Positions 8,954-17,795 are shown, counted from the stretch's first letter. The stretch is 27,921 nt of DNA from a bacterium (GCA_044869275.1 JBIOXB010000121.1:1-27921); one strand, 5' to 3'. Made by a program: numbers and translations. Notes: generated by a model not told the origin, from the letters alone.

Positions 8954-11593
8954 ATGCGACCCGACAAGCTCAAAAAATTTTGGCCGTGCGTTTTTGCCCT
9001 GGTGATGATCTTGGCTTTGGGGGAGGCGTCACATGCCCAAGAAACCCCGGCCGTTTCCGCTCTTGATTCCATCAAAGCCGTTACCGACACGCTCGCGGCC
9101 TCCCCGCCTAATAAGCAATCCGGCGCGGATGCCCCGATCACCTATACCGCACAAACGATTGAAAATCTCGTGCCGCAGCGTGTCACGATTCTGACCGGCA
9201 AAGCCCAGGTCAAATTCAAGAGCGCGACGCTCGAGGCCGGCCGCATCACGGTGGATTGGGACCATAACTTGCTGACCGCCGAGCCGTTGCCGGATTCATT
9301 GCACAACGGCCAGGCGCCGCACAACGGCCGCTCCGACAGCACGGCAAATAAATTACAGGGCGTGCCGGTGTTTGTGGATGGCAGCGATCGTATGAGCGGC
9401 GAGAGAATGGAGTATAATTTCTCCACCGAGCGCGGCCGCGTGCTGCGCGGCCGCACGCAATTCGAAGACGGCAAATATTTCGGCGGCCAGATCAAACGCG
9501 TGGGCGAAAATGTTCTGAATATCAGCGAAGGCTCGTATTCGACCTGTGAATTGGAAGATCACCCGCATTTTCATTTTCACAGCCGGCGCATGAAGATCAT
9601 CGTCAATGACAAAGTCATTGCCAGGCCAGTGGTGTTTTATCTCGGCGATATTCCGCTGATGATCCTGCCCTTCGCCTGGTTTCCCATCCAAAGCGGCCGG
9701 CATTCCGGCTTGATCGTGCCGCGCTTCGGGCAGAGCCAGCAGGAAGGCCGCTTTCTGCGCGACCTGGGCTATTATTGGGCGATCAACGACTATCTCGACG
9801 CGCGCGCGCAAGTGGATTTCTTCGAGCTCTCAGGCTGGTATTTGCGCAGCGGGCTGAATTACAACAAACGCTATGCTTTCAGCGGCAATGTCAATGCTTC
9901 GTTCACGGACAAAAACTTTTCTTATATGGATTATACCGGCGGCAGCACGCAGCAACAACGCTTGTGGACCTTGTCCTTGAGCCACAATCAGCAGTTCGGT
10001 ACGCGCTCCTCGCTGCGCGCGCAGGGATATTTTGTGAACGACAACAACATCTACAAAAATCTCGGCGAAGGCCGCAACGAACAGCTCACCCGCCGTTTGC
10101 AGTCCAATGCCACGTATTCCACCGGTTTCGCCGAGGGGCGCGGCAGTTTGAGCTTCAATGTGTCGGAGCTGAAAGATTTGGAAAACGGCTCGCTGCAGCG
10201 CACGCTGCCGGGCTATAACTTCAATTGGGGCCAGGGCCAGATTTTTCCTCAGAAGGTGACGAAGAAAAAAAGCGCGCTGGAGGAGCAGGCGCCATGGTAT
10301 TCCGGTTTGTATTACAGTTTTTCCAGCAGCGGTGAGTATCGTTTCAGCCGTCTTGCGGACACGTTGCAAACCCAGTCCATCGGCGCCGCGCGGCACGCGT
10401 TGAATCTTTCGCTCTACAGCCCGAAGCGCTATTTCGGCTGGCTTTCTCTCAACCAATCCTTGCCGATCAATGCGGACTGGTTCGATCGCACCACCGATTA
10501 TTTTGTTCAAAGTGATACTTCTGCCGCGCTTCCCATCGGCACACGCATCGATCATGGTTTTGCCATGCGGCATACGTTCAGCTATTCGCTTTCGGCAAAC
10601 ACGAAATTGTTCGGCACCTTCAATCCGCGCCTGGGGCCGGTGCGCGCACTGCGGCACGTGGTCTCGCCCAGCCTGTCGTTTTCCTATCGTCCGGATTTTT
10701 CCGATCCGTTTTGGGGCTATTTCGAAGAAGTGACCTTGCCCGACAGCAGCAAAGTGCGCCTGGATCGTTTCGTCGGCACGGGCCAGGGCAAAGTCGCGGG
10801 CTTGAGTTTTTCCGTGGGCAATCTGTTCCAAATGAAAACCGGCACGGAGGAGAAACCCAAGAAGATCGATCTTTTTACGCTGAATGTTTCGAGCGGTTAT
10901 AATTTTGCAGCGAAGACCTTCAAGCAAGCCAATCTGTTTTCCTCGCTGCAGGCGAACCCGAGCCGCACTTTATCGCTGAGCATGTCGGCGGCGCACAGCT
11001 TTTATGATTATAATCGCACCACCGGCGCGACCGTGCCCACTCTGCTGAGCAAACGGGGCGGCTTTTTGCGCTTGACGAATTACACCATGAACGCCAATTT
11101 GCGTTTGCAAGGCAGCGCCGCCTCGATGCCAGGCGAGGCCACGCCACAATTGTCCGGGGAAGACCGGGAAGAGCTCTTGCCGCCGGAGAATTTGGATGAG
11201 AGGTTTTTTTTCGACCAGGAGCGGCGTTTCGGCGAGACTTCAATTCCCTGGAATGTGAGCCTGGCGTTCAATTTGAGCTATGATCAAACCAATCCCTTGC
11301 GCAAAACCAAGCGCGCGCAATTGAGCCTGCAAAACGGCGAAGTGCGCTTGACGAAAAACTGGCGCATTGGTGCATCGGCGCAGTTTGATCTCGTCAACAA
11401 AGTCATTTTTGATCAGCAATATTCCATCTATCGCGACCTGCACTGCTGGGAGATGCAAGTGCTGTGGACGCCGACCGGTTTGCGCGAGGGCTTTTACATG
11501 CGCATCAACATCAAATCCTCGATTTTACGAGACGTCAAAGTCGAAAAGCGTGGCGGTAGGTCGAGTGTGTTCGGCGGGGCTTTCAATCAATGA
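8954..11593 (+). CDS. lptD: LPS-assembly outer membrane protein LptD (FCB-type)
   Basis: Signal peptide ending 'ASHA-Q'; OstA-like N domain ('ITYTA...L-G-A-V'); 'YSTCE--HPHF'; 'SG-IVP-FG....G-FLR-LGYYWAINDY-D'; C-terminal 'YRDLHCW' beta-barrel. Start moved to ATG 8954. Confidence 0.88.
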   Translation: MRPDKLKKFWPCVFALVMILALGEASHAQETPAVSALDSIKAVTDTLAASPPNKQSGADAPITYTAQTIENLVPQRVTILTGKAQVKFKSATLEAGRITVDWDHNLLTAEPLPDSLHNGQAPHNGRSDSTANKLQGVPVFVDGSDRMSGERMEYNFSTERGRVLRGRTQFEDGKYFGGQIKRVGENVLNISEGSYSTCELEDHPHFHFHSRRMKIIVNDKVIARPVVFYLGDIPLMILPFAWFPIQSGRHSGLIVPRFGQSQQEGRFLRDLGYYWAINDYLDARAQVDFFELSGWYLRSGLNYNKRYAFSGNVNASFTDKNFSYMDYTGGSTQQQRLWTLSLSHNQQFGTRSSLRAQGYFVNDNNIYKNLGEGRNEQLTRRLQSNATYSTGFAEGRGSLSFNVSELKDLENGSLQRTLPGYNFNWGQGQIFPQKVTKKKSALEEQAPWYSGLYYSFSSSGEYRFSRLADTLQTQSIGAARHALNLSLYSPKRYFGWLSLNQSLPINADWFDRTTDYFVQSDTSAALPIGTRIDHGFAMRHTFSYSLSANTKLFGTFNPRLGPVRALRHVVSPSLSFSYRPDFSDPFWGYFEEVTLPDSSKVRLDRFVGTGQGKVAGLSFSVGNLFQMKTGTEEKPKKIDLFTLNVSSGYNFAAKTFKQANLFSSLQANPSRTLSLSMSAAHSFYDYNRTTGATVPTLLSKRGGFLRLTNYTMNANLRLQGSAASMPGEATPQLSGEDREELLPPENLDERFFFDQERRFGETSIPWNVSLAFNLSYDQTNPLRKTKRAQLSLQNGEVRLTKNWRIGASAQFDLVNKVIFDQQYSIYRDLHCWEMQVLWTPTGLREGFYMRINIKSSILRDVKVEKRGGRSSVFGGAFNQ

Positions 11594-11736
11594 CCGCAAT
11601 TTGGATGCCATCTAACGGATTTTCATAGAGATGGGTCTATCTTGATGCGGAGAATTCTTGTAATTTATGCGAGTATTTCAGGCAGGAGAAAGAAAGGTGA
11701 GCTAGAATAGATCGCTGGTCTCAGGCAAAAATTGTC

Positions 11737-11765
11737 TTGCTTTTCAATCATTTAGCCAATAATTT
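11737..11765 (+). promoter_or_regulatory. Possible sigma70 promoter for parAB
   Basis: TTGCTT (11737-11742), 17 nt, TAATTT (11760-11765) in an AT-rich stretch upstream of SD AAGGAG (11785-11790). Confidence 0.35.
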
Positions 11766-11802
11766 TTGCTGTTCCGAACAATTTAAGGAGAATTGCATCG
11801 AA

Positions 11803-12570
11803 ATGGCGAGGACCATTTCCATATCCAATCAAAAGGGCGGCGTGGGCAAAACCACCACGGCGGTCAATGTGGCGGCTTGCCTTGCGGTGGCTGAGAATCC
11901 GGTGTTGCTCATCGACATGGATCCGCAAGCCAACACCACCAGCGGCTTGGGAATCGACGCCAAGAAAGTGCGCAACAGCATCTACGAAGTTCTGATCAAC
12001 GAGCTGGACATCAACGAAGCAGTCGTGCGCACGGAATTGGAGTGGCTGGACTTGCTGCCCTCGCACATCCGTCTTGTGGGTGCCGAACTGGAGATGGCCA
12101 GCAGCATCGCGCGCGAAAAAATTCTGCAGCGCGCGCTCGCCAAATTGAAACGCCGTCCTTATAAATACGTTTTCCTCGATTGTCCGCCCTCGTTGGGCTT
12201 GCTGACGTTGAATGCACTCACCGCCGCCGACTCCGTGTTGATTCCGATACAGTGTGAATATTACGCGCTCGAAGGTTTGACCCAGTTGCTGAATACCATC
12301 CGGCTCGTGCAAAAGCATCTCAACACCAGGCTGGAAATCGAAGGGGTGCTGCTCACGATGTACGATGGCCGTTTGAATCTCAGCCGGCAAGTGGCCGACG
12401 ACGTGCGCAAATACTTCGGCGACAAGGTGTATAAGACCAGCATTTTGCGCAACGTGCGCTTGAGTGAAGCCCCCAGCTATGGCAAGCCGATCATCCTTTA
12501 TGACGCGGTCTGCAGCGGCGCGGACAACTATATGAACCTGGCCACCGAGATTATGAAGAATGGTCGCTAA
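11803..12570 (+). CDS. parA: Chromosome partitioning ATPase ParA/Soj
   Basis: Deviant Walker A '[10 protein letters not shown]', 'DMDPQAN', 'DCPPSLG', '[11 protein letters not shown]', '[12 protein letters not shown]'. Confidence 0.97.
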   Translation: MARTISISNQKGGVGKTTTAVNVAACLAVAENPVLLIDMDPQANTTSGLGIDAKKVRNSIYEVLINELDINEAVVRTELEWLDLLPSHIRLVGAELEMASSIAREKILQRALAKLKRRPYKYVFLDCPPSLGLLTLNALTAADSVLIPIQCEYYALEGLTQLLNTIRLVQKHLNTRLEIEGVLLTMYDGRLNLSRQVADDVRKYFGDKVYKTSILRNVRLSEAPSYGKPIILYDAVCSGADNYMNLATEIMKNGR

Positions 12571-13423
12571 ACGCCTGGGGCGAGGGTTGGAAGCGCTGAT
12601 TCCGGCGATGGAGGGCGAGGACAGTGCCAAAGCCGAGGCCATTCGTACCATCGAGCTCTCCCGCATTTCGCCCAACCCCTTCCAGCCGCGCATGGATTTC
12701 GATGCCGCCAGTCTCGCCGATTTGAAACAATCCATTTCCAGCAACGGCTTGATCACGCCGGTCACGGTGCGGCCATTTGGCAAGGGCTTTCAATTGATCG
12801 CCGGCGAGCGGCGTTTGCGTGCCGTGCAGGAATTGGGTTATGATTCCATTCCGGCCTACGTGCTGGAGGTGACGGATGACACGCGCCTGCTGGAACTGGC
12901 GTTGATTGAAAATGTGCAGCGCGAGAATCTCAATCCCATCGAGGAAGCGCAAGGCTATCAACGCCTGATCGAAGAATGCCGGTTGACCCAGGAGGAGGTG
13001 GCGCGCAAAGTCGGGCGTGACCGCACGACCATTGCGAACACGTTGCGTTTGCTCAAGCTGGCAAATCCGATCCAAGAAAGCTTGCGCAAGGGTGAGCTTT
13101 CCGCCGGGCATGCGCGCGCGCTGTTAGGCTTGGCGGACAATGCCGCGCAAGTCGCGGTCTGGAAAAAAATTGTCAAAGATCAACTCAGCGTCCGGCAGGT
13201 GGAGAAGCTGGCGCAGCAAGGGCCAAAGAGCAAGAAAGCGGGCAAAAAGAAAACAGCAGACACGCCCCACGACATTCGCGAAGCGGAGAATCACTTGCAG
13301 CGCATTTTTGCGACAAAAGTGCGTATCCACAAGCGCGACAAGGGCGGGGTGGTGGAGGTAGAGTTTTATTCGGCGGATGATCTTGAAAGAATACTGGAGT
13401 TGATGCAAAAAATTGCAGATTAG
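12560..13423 (+). CDS. parB: Chromosome partitioning protein ParB/Spo0J
   Basis: N-terminal 'LGRGLEALI' ParA-binding peptide, 'NPFQPR', CTPase 'GERRLRA', '[13 protein letters not shown]', HTH; overlaps the parA stop. Confidence 0.97.
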   Translation: MVAKRLGRGLEALIPAMEGEDSAKAEAIRTIELSRISPNPFQPRMDFDAASLADLKQSISSNGLITPVTVRPFGKGFQLIAGERRLRAVQELGYDSIPAYVLEVTDDTRLLELALIENVQRENLNPIEEAQGYQRLIEECRLTQEEVARKVGRDRTTIANTLRLLKLANPIQESLRKGELSAGHARALLGLADNAAQVAVWKKIVKDQLSVRQVEKLAQQGPKSKKAGKKKTADTPHDIREAENHLQRIFATKVRIHKRDKGGVVEVEFYSADDLERILELMQKIAD

Positions 13424-13543
13424 TTTTTTTTGTGATCTGGGGCGCGGTCGCGGTGAATTTTTTTTAACGAAATAGAAACAAATTTAAGCTGAAGATCGTT
13501 GTTGCCACCGGCCATTTTCCGCGATTTCGTGCCGAGAAAGCTA

Positions 13544-13572
13544 TTGACTTTTTAGCGCAGATTGGCTATCAT
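13544..13572 (+). promoter_or_regulatory. Sigma70-type promoter upstream of the M23-bactofilin-atp cluster
   Basis: TTGACT (13544-13549), 17-nt spacer, TATCAT (13567-13572); each hexamer is 5/6 to consensus. Confidence 0.75.
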
Positions 13573-13729
13573 TCTTCCTTTTGAAAGGCTGCTCGGGCGG
13601 AGCAAAATAAACGCGAGCTCTTTGGAAGCTCCTTGCAAGTGATCCGAACTGCGCGTGCAACTTCCCTTTGGATCATTTCTTCATGTTTGGATCTCGAACC
13701 TCGAAATGATGAGGGAAAGGTAGAATCCG

Positions 13730-14635
13730 ATGAGAAAAAAACGCGAGCGCAGAATTTCCGTCCTGCTCATTCCAGATGACAATGCCGAGCCTTACAGTTT
13801 TCGCTTGAGTTGGACCACCGCCAAAATTATGCTGGGGATCGCCGTGGTATTGGTTTTGCATATGGTGGCCGGCGCTCTGGGATATTTTCAGTTGTCCAAA
13901 ATCAGCCGGGAAAATACCGAATTGGAGCGTTCCAACACCCGTTTGCTGGAAGACAATAAGCGCGTGTACCGGCTGGCAGCGCTGCTCGAGGAGATGGACA
14001 AAGATCAGGGGAAGATCATGAGTTTGTTGGGGGTGGAAAATCGCAACGGCCAACGCGGCAATGTGAAAATGTCCATGGCTTCCGGCGGCGGCGCGAGCCC
14101 GGAGATGGAACTGGATGCGGCCTCACCCGAAATGACTTTGTCTGCCGCTGAGGGCGAAGCGCCGGCGGAATTGCGCGGCAATTTTCTCCGCGCCAACAAG
14201 ACCGCAGACGCCAGAGTACCGCCCCATTGGCCCTCATTGCTGCCGGTGGAAGGCTATCTTTCGCGCGCGTTTTCGCGCAATCCCTGGTTTCCTTTTGAGG
14301 AGCACCTCGGCATCGACATCGCCGGCAAACAAGGCTCGGTGGTCATGGCTGCGGGCGACGGCTACGTGCTCTATGCCGGCTGGCATCTGGAATTGGGCAA
14401 CGTCGTGATTTTGCATCACGGTGAAGGCTTATTCTCATTGTATGGCCACAATGATCGCCTGTTGGTGCGCGAGCGCGAATATGTGCCGCGCGGCACCGCG
14501 ATCGCGCTGCTCGGCAATTCCGGCCGCAGCTCCGGCCCGCATTTGCATTTTGAAATCTGGCAAGACGGCCAGGTGATGGATCCCCGCCAGTACGTGCTAG
14601 CTTTCCGCAGCGAACCTCGCATCGCGGCTAAATAA
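13730..14635 (+). CDS. Membrane-anchored M23 family peptidoglycan endopeptidase
   Basis: Basic cytoplasmic N-tail, one TM, coiled coil, then M23 zinc motifs HxxxD ('HLGID') and HxH ('GPHLHFE'), plus 'SLYGH'. Confidence 0.93.
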   Translation: MRKKRERRISVLLIPDDNAEPYSFRLSWTTAKIMLGIAVVLVLHMVAGALGYFQLSKISRENTELERSNTRLLEDNKRVYRLAALLEEMDKDQGKIMSLLGVENRNGQRGNVKMSMASGGGASPEMELDAASPEMTLSAAEGEAPAELRGNFLRANKTADARVPPHWPSLLPVEGYLSRAFSRNPWFPFEEHLGIDIAGKQGSVVMAAGDGYVLYAGWHLELGNVVILHHGEGLFSLYGHNDRLLVREREYVPRGTAIALLGNSGRSSGPHLHFEIWQDGQVMDPRQYVLAFRSEPRIAAK

Positions 14636-14666
14636 CGAGCAACGAACGAACAAACAGAGGTAAAAA

Positions 14667-15113
14667 ATGCTGGGGAAAAAAGAGATGGAAGACTTCGACA
14701 AAAGCGGCGAGTTGAACTCGATCATAGGGCGGGGATCGGTCATTGATGGCAATCTCAAAGTGCAAAGCAGTATGCGCGTCGATGGCCGCATCAAGGGGCA
14801 AATTCAGGTCACCGACTCTCTCGTGATCGGCAAAGACGGCGAGATTGACGGTGAAATTCGCGCCAAGAACATCATTGTCGGCGGTCGCGTCAAGGGCAAG
14901 ATTTTCGCCAGCGGCAAGGTCGTGCTGGAGGCCAAGTCGAGTTTTCAAGGCGAGCTCAAGACCTCGAAGCTGGTGATCGACGACGGCGCCTTGTTCGACG
15001 GCACCTGCTCGATGAGCGACGGCGCGAAGATTCTGGCATTGCCCGACAACGGTGACAACCGCCAGGCCAACGCCGACCGGTCCTTGCGCAAAGAGATCGG
15101 TGCAGGGGCGTGA
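14667..15113 (+). CDS. Bactofilin (polymer-forming cytoskeletal protein, CcmA family)
   Basis: 'SIIG-GS-IDGNL-----MRVDG-I-G-I-----L-IG--G-I-G-I-A--I-V-G-V-G' beta-helix pattern ending 'L-IDDGA-FDG-C-M'; SD AGAGGT upstream. Confidence 0.95.
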   Translation: MLGKKEMEDFDKSGELNSIIGRGSVIDGNLKVQSSMRVDGRIKGQIQVTDSLVIGKDGEIDGEIRAKNIIVGGRVKGKIFASGKVVLEAKSSFQGELKTSKLVIDDGALFDGTCSMSDGAKILALPDNGDNRQANADRSLRKEIGAGA

Positions 15114-15123
15114 ACATCGCACG

Positions 15124-15384
15124 ATGAGCAAAGCTTCGCAGGGAAATCTCGGCGGCGGCTTGCGCAATTTCGCCACGTATACGGATTTGGGATTGCGCTT
15201 CGCATTGGCCGCGGCGCTTGGCGGTCTGGGCGGCTATTGGCTGGACGGCAAGCTTCATACCTTTCCGGTGCTCTTGATTGTGGGTGTGATGTTCGGTGGC
15301 GTCGCAGGTTTTGTAAATCTTTATCGCACGACCATGCGTTTGATCCGGCAGGAGAAGGAAGAGGCCGCCTCGGGCAGGCGATAA
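15124..15384 (+). CDS. atpZ: AtpZ/AtpI family (ATPase gene 1) small membrane protein
   Basis: Two TMs with signature 'G---GYWLD--L-T-P-----G---G---GF'; lies at the head of the atp operon. Start is ATG 15124. Confidence 0.88.
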   Translation: MSKASQGNLGGGLRNFATYTDLGLRFALAAALGGLGGYWLDGKLHTFPVLLIVGVMFGGVAGFVNLYRTTMRLIRQEKEEAASGRR

Positions 15385-15471
15385 CTCCCAAGGCATTCGT
15401 TCCCACAAACGTCAATGAGGCAGCAACGATTCTACCGGCAAAACACACAGGGTTTGTCGCAGTAGTTTGAC

Positions 15472-15491
15472 CATCCCGAGGCGTCGGGATG
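15472..15491. repeat. REP-like GC-rich palindrome
   Basis: CATCCCGA-GGCG-TCGGGATG, a perfect 8-bp stem in the atpZ-atpI spacer. Confidence 0.55.
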
Positions 15492-15520
15492 CCATTCCAA
15501 ATGAACGGCTGAAGAGGTTA

Positions 15521-15820
15521 ATGGCGCGCGCGATTTTACATGCTTTCCTGTTGAGCGCAGGGCTGGCGATCATCAGTTTCTCTTCCCTTTGGTGGGCCGC
15601 CAACAAATCTCAAAAAATCTTCATGGTCGTATTGTTCGGGGGATTGCTTTTGCGGCTGCTGGTGGTGGGCGCCGCGGTCGTCTGGGTTTGGAAATTCACC
15701 ACACTCGACGGCAAAGCCTTCACCGTCGCGTTACTGGGCTCCTACTTTCTCTTTCAAATAGCCGAAACGACGATTTTGCAGAGACTCTTGAAACGTATGA
15801 AATTGGCGAGAAGGGTGTGA
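15521..15820 (+). CDS. atpI: ATP synthase protein I-like membrane protein
   Basis: Hydrophobic 99 aa protein with 'GG-LLRLL' motif, located between atpZ and atpB; SD GAGGT 5' of ATG 15521; its stop overlaps the atpB start (GTGA). Confidence 0.7.
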   Translation: MARAILHAFLLSAGLAIISFSSLWWAANKSQKIFMVVLFGGLLLRLLVVGAAVVWVWKFTTLDGKAFTVALLGSYFLFQIAETTILQRLLKRMKLARRV

Positions 15821-16737
15821 CTTCTTTGGCTGGCAGATTTTTCCCCGGGGCTTTTGCAAGCGTTAGCGATACCACGCACGCCTCCGGCCATGGCGGCGGC
15901 GAAGAAAACATCGGCAATGTGATCATCCATCACATTAGCGACAGCAATACGCTTGAGTTGCCCTTCGTCGGCGAGGTGCATTTGCCGCACCTGGAGCTGT
16001 TCGGCATCGATTTTTCCATCACCAAGCATGTGGTGATGATGTTTGTCGCTGCTGCGATTCTCATGTTGATTCTGCGCCTCGCCGCGCGACGCAAGCCCGG
16101 CGAAGTGCCCACCGGTTTGGCCGCCGCCATCGAAGCGGTGGTGGAATTCATCCGCAACGAAATCGCGGTCTCCAATCTCGGCGCGAAACTCGGGCATACT
16201 TTGACTCCCTACCTGTGCACGGTTTTCTTCTTCATTCTAACGTGTAATTTACTCGGCCTAATTCCCTATGCAGCGACCGCCACCGGCAACGTCAGCGTGA
16301 CGGCCGGCCTGGCGATTTTGACCTTCATTCTCACCCAGGCGGTGGGCATCAAGGCCAACGGCATTGGGGGTTATCTGAAACATTTGACCGGAGGCGTGCA
16401 CTGGTCTATGTGGCCGATCATGGTGCCGGTGGAATTTCTCAGCTTGTTCACCAAGCCGTTCGCATTATGTATCCGTTTGTATGCGAATATGACCGCGGGT
16501 CATGTCATCATTCTTTCTTTGATTTGCCTGATTTTCATTTTCAGCAAAGGCGGCGCCAATCCCATCGCCGGTTTTGGCATTGCGCCGATCTCGGTTGGAT
16601 TCAGCTTGTTCGTCAATCTACTGGAAATTCTCGTCGCTTTTTTGCAAGCTTACATTTTTACTTTGTTGTCCTCGGTGTTCATTGGTATCGCTGCGCATTC
16701 GGATCATCATGAGGAAGCGCATTCGGCTTCGCATTGA
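15817..16737 (+). CDS. atpB: ATP synthase F0 subunit a
   Basis: 'HHISDS', 'SITKHV', 'F-FIL--NLLGLIP', essential Arg in 'KPFALCIRLYANMTAGH', 'LE-LVAFLQAYIF--L'. Start at GTG 15817 is inferred. Confidence 0.96.
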   Translation: MTSLAGRFFPGAFASVSDTTHASGHGGGEENIGNVIIHHISDSNTLELPFVGEVHLPHLELFGIDFSITKHVVMMFVAAAILMLILRLAARRKPGEVPTGLAAAIEAVVEFIRNEIAVSNLGAKLGHTLTPYLCTVFFFILTCNLLGLIPYAATATGNVSVTAGLAILTFILTQAVGIKANGIGGYLKHLTGGVHWSMWPIMVPVEFLSLFTKPFALCIRLYANMTAGHVIILSLICLIFIFSKGGANPIAGFGIAPISVGFSLFVNLLEILVAFLQAYIFTLLSSVFIGIAAHSDHHEEAHSASH

Positions 16738-16748
16738 GATGAGCTTTC

Positions 16749-16799
16749 GTAGTCGCGCCTTCAGACGCGAAGGTTTTTACTCCCACAAGGGACGACTAG
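16749..16799. repeat. Degenerate GTAG-type REP-like / branched stem-loop element
   Basis: GTAGTCGCGCCTTCAGACGC...CGACTAG. TAGTCG (16750-55) pairs with CGACTA (16793-98) and encloses two hairpins, CCTTC/GAAGG and TCCC/GGGA. Confidence 0.5.
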
Positions 16800-16855
16800 A
16801 GAGAAGTGCATGGCAAGTCCTTTTTTCAAACATCATTCTAAGGAGGAATACTGCA

Positions 16856-17083
16856 ATGGGTGAATTTGGCATGGCGCATCTGGCAGCAGGCATCGGCGCG
16901 GGCATCGTGGCCATGGGCGCAGGTTTTGGCATCGGCAGAATCGCGAGCTCGGCCATGGAAGCCATCGGCCGCCAGCCCGGAGCGGCGGCGGACGTGCGCG
17001 GCTCCATGATTATCGCCGCCGCCTTGATCGAAGGCGTCGCGCTGTTCGGCGAGGTGATCTGCGTGTTGCTCGCGATCAAGTAA
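16856..17083 (+). CDS. atpE: ATP synthase F0 subunit c
   Basis: 75 aa; GxGxGxG helix, 'RQP' loop, ion-binding Glu in 'LIEGVALF'; strong SD AAGGAGG. Confidence 0.98.
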   Translation: MGEFGMAHLAAGIGAGIVAMGAGFGIGRIASSAMEAIGRQPGAAADVRGSMIIAAALIEGVALFGEVICVLLAIK

Positions 17084-17143
17084 ACTTGGCGAACACCCCC
17101 TTGTAAATCGGCGGCGTCCGCCGCCCTCATTTCGGATAGAAGC

Positions 17144-17644
17144 ATGCTGGAATTGCATACCGGTCTCATCCTGTGGACGATCGTCATTTTTGTCTGCTTG
17201 GTTTTCCTTTTGCGCAAGCTGGCGTGGAAGCCGATTCTCGCTGCGCTCGACGAACGCACGCGCGGCATTCGTGATTCGCTGGCGCAGGCTGAAAAAGCCA
17301 AAAAAGACGTGGAGCGCATGCGCGCGGAATATGAAAGACTGATGGCTGAAGCCCGGCAGGAATCGCAAGAGTTGATTGCCAAGAGCCGCAAAACCGCGGA
17401 AAGCCTGCGCGAAGAAATGAGTCAAAAGGCGCAGCAAGAGCTCGAGGCGTTGCGGCAGCGCGCGGCACGCGACATCACGCTGGAGCGCGAAAAAGCACTC
17501 GAAGAGATCAAGCGGACGGCCGCCGAGTTGTCCGTGGCGATCGCGGCCAAGCTCATCGGCAAATCGCTCGACGCCAAAGATCATCAAGAGCTGATCAAAC
17601 AAGCGCTGCGCGATATTCGCCCGCTGGTCAACGAGCCGAACTAA
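17144..17644 (+). CDS. atpF: ATP synthase F0 subunit b
   Basis: 'GLILWT---F--L---L-K-AWKPI--AL-ER---I---L--AE' followed by a long charged coiled coil. Confidence 0.96.
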   Translation: MLELHTGLILWTIVIFVCLVFLLRKLAWKPILAALDERTRGIRDSLAQAEKAKKDVERMRAEYERLMAEARQESQELIAKSRKTAESLREEMSQKAQQELEALRQRAARDITLEREKALEEIKRTAAELSVAIAAKLIGKSLDAKDHQELIKQALRDIRPLVNEPN

Positions 17645-17795
17645 TGTCACAACGCAGATGCACGGCAACGTCCCAATGTCCCCCGGGCAGACGCGGTGGC
17701 ATGCGCTTCACCCCTGCAGGAGCAATTGGCCGGGCAGGCCAAAATCGTAAGGCTTGAACACGTTCATCATATATGAGAAAGAGCAGCTTTCGACC

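Noticed and set aside
11594..11710. ATCTAAC plus short inverted repeats after lptD, suggesting an attC site
   Set aside because: There is no complementary GTTRRRY at a suitable distance, the stems are short, and no integrase is present.
13323..13331. DnaA-box-like GTATCCACA (also near 1960 and 22526), suggesting oriC near parAB
   Set aside because: These are isolated matches inside or at the start of coding regions, with no cluster in any spacer.
13706..13723. Five-codon upstream ORF (MMRER) before the M23 gene
   Set aside because: It has no ribosome-binding site of its own and is too short to support.
14633..14655. TAACGAG CAACGAA CGAACAAAC after the M23 gene, a possible one-armed heptamer remnant
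   Set aside because: Only about two units and no inverted arm, so it cannot be distinguished from chance.
15589..15816. N-terminal extensions of atpB (and of atpE from 16574, atpZ from 15052)
   Set aside because: They overlap upstream genes; family-like sequence and start signals begin further downstream.
16856..17083. Na+-translocating or N-type ATPase
   Set aside because: The Na+-binding signature is absent, and atpH is present in canonical F-type order.
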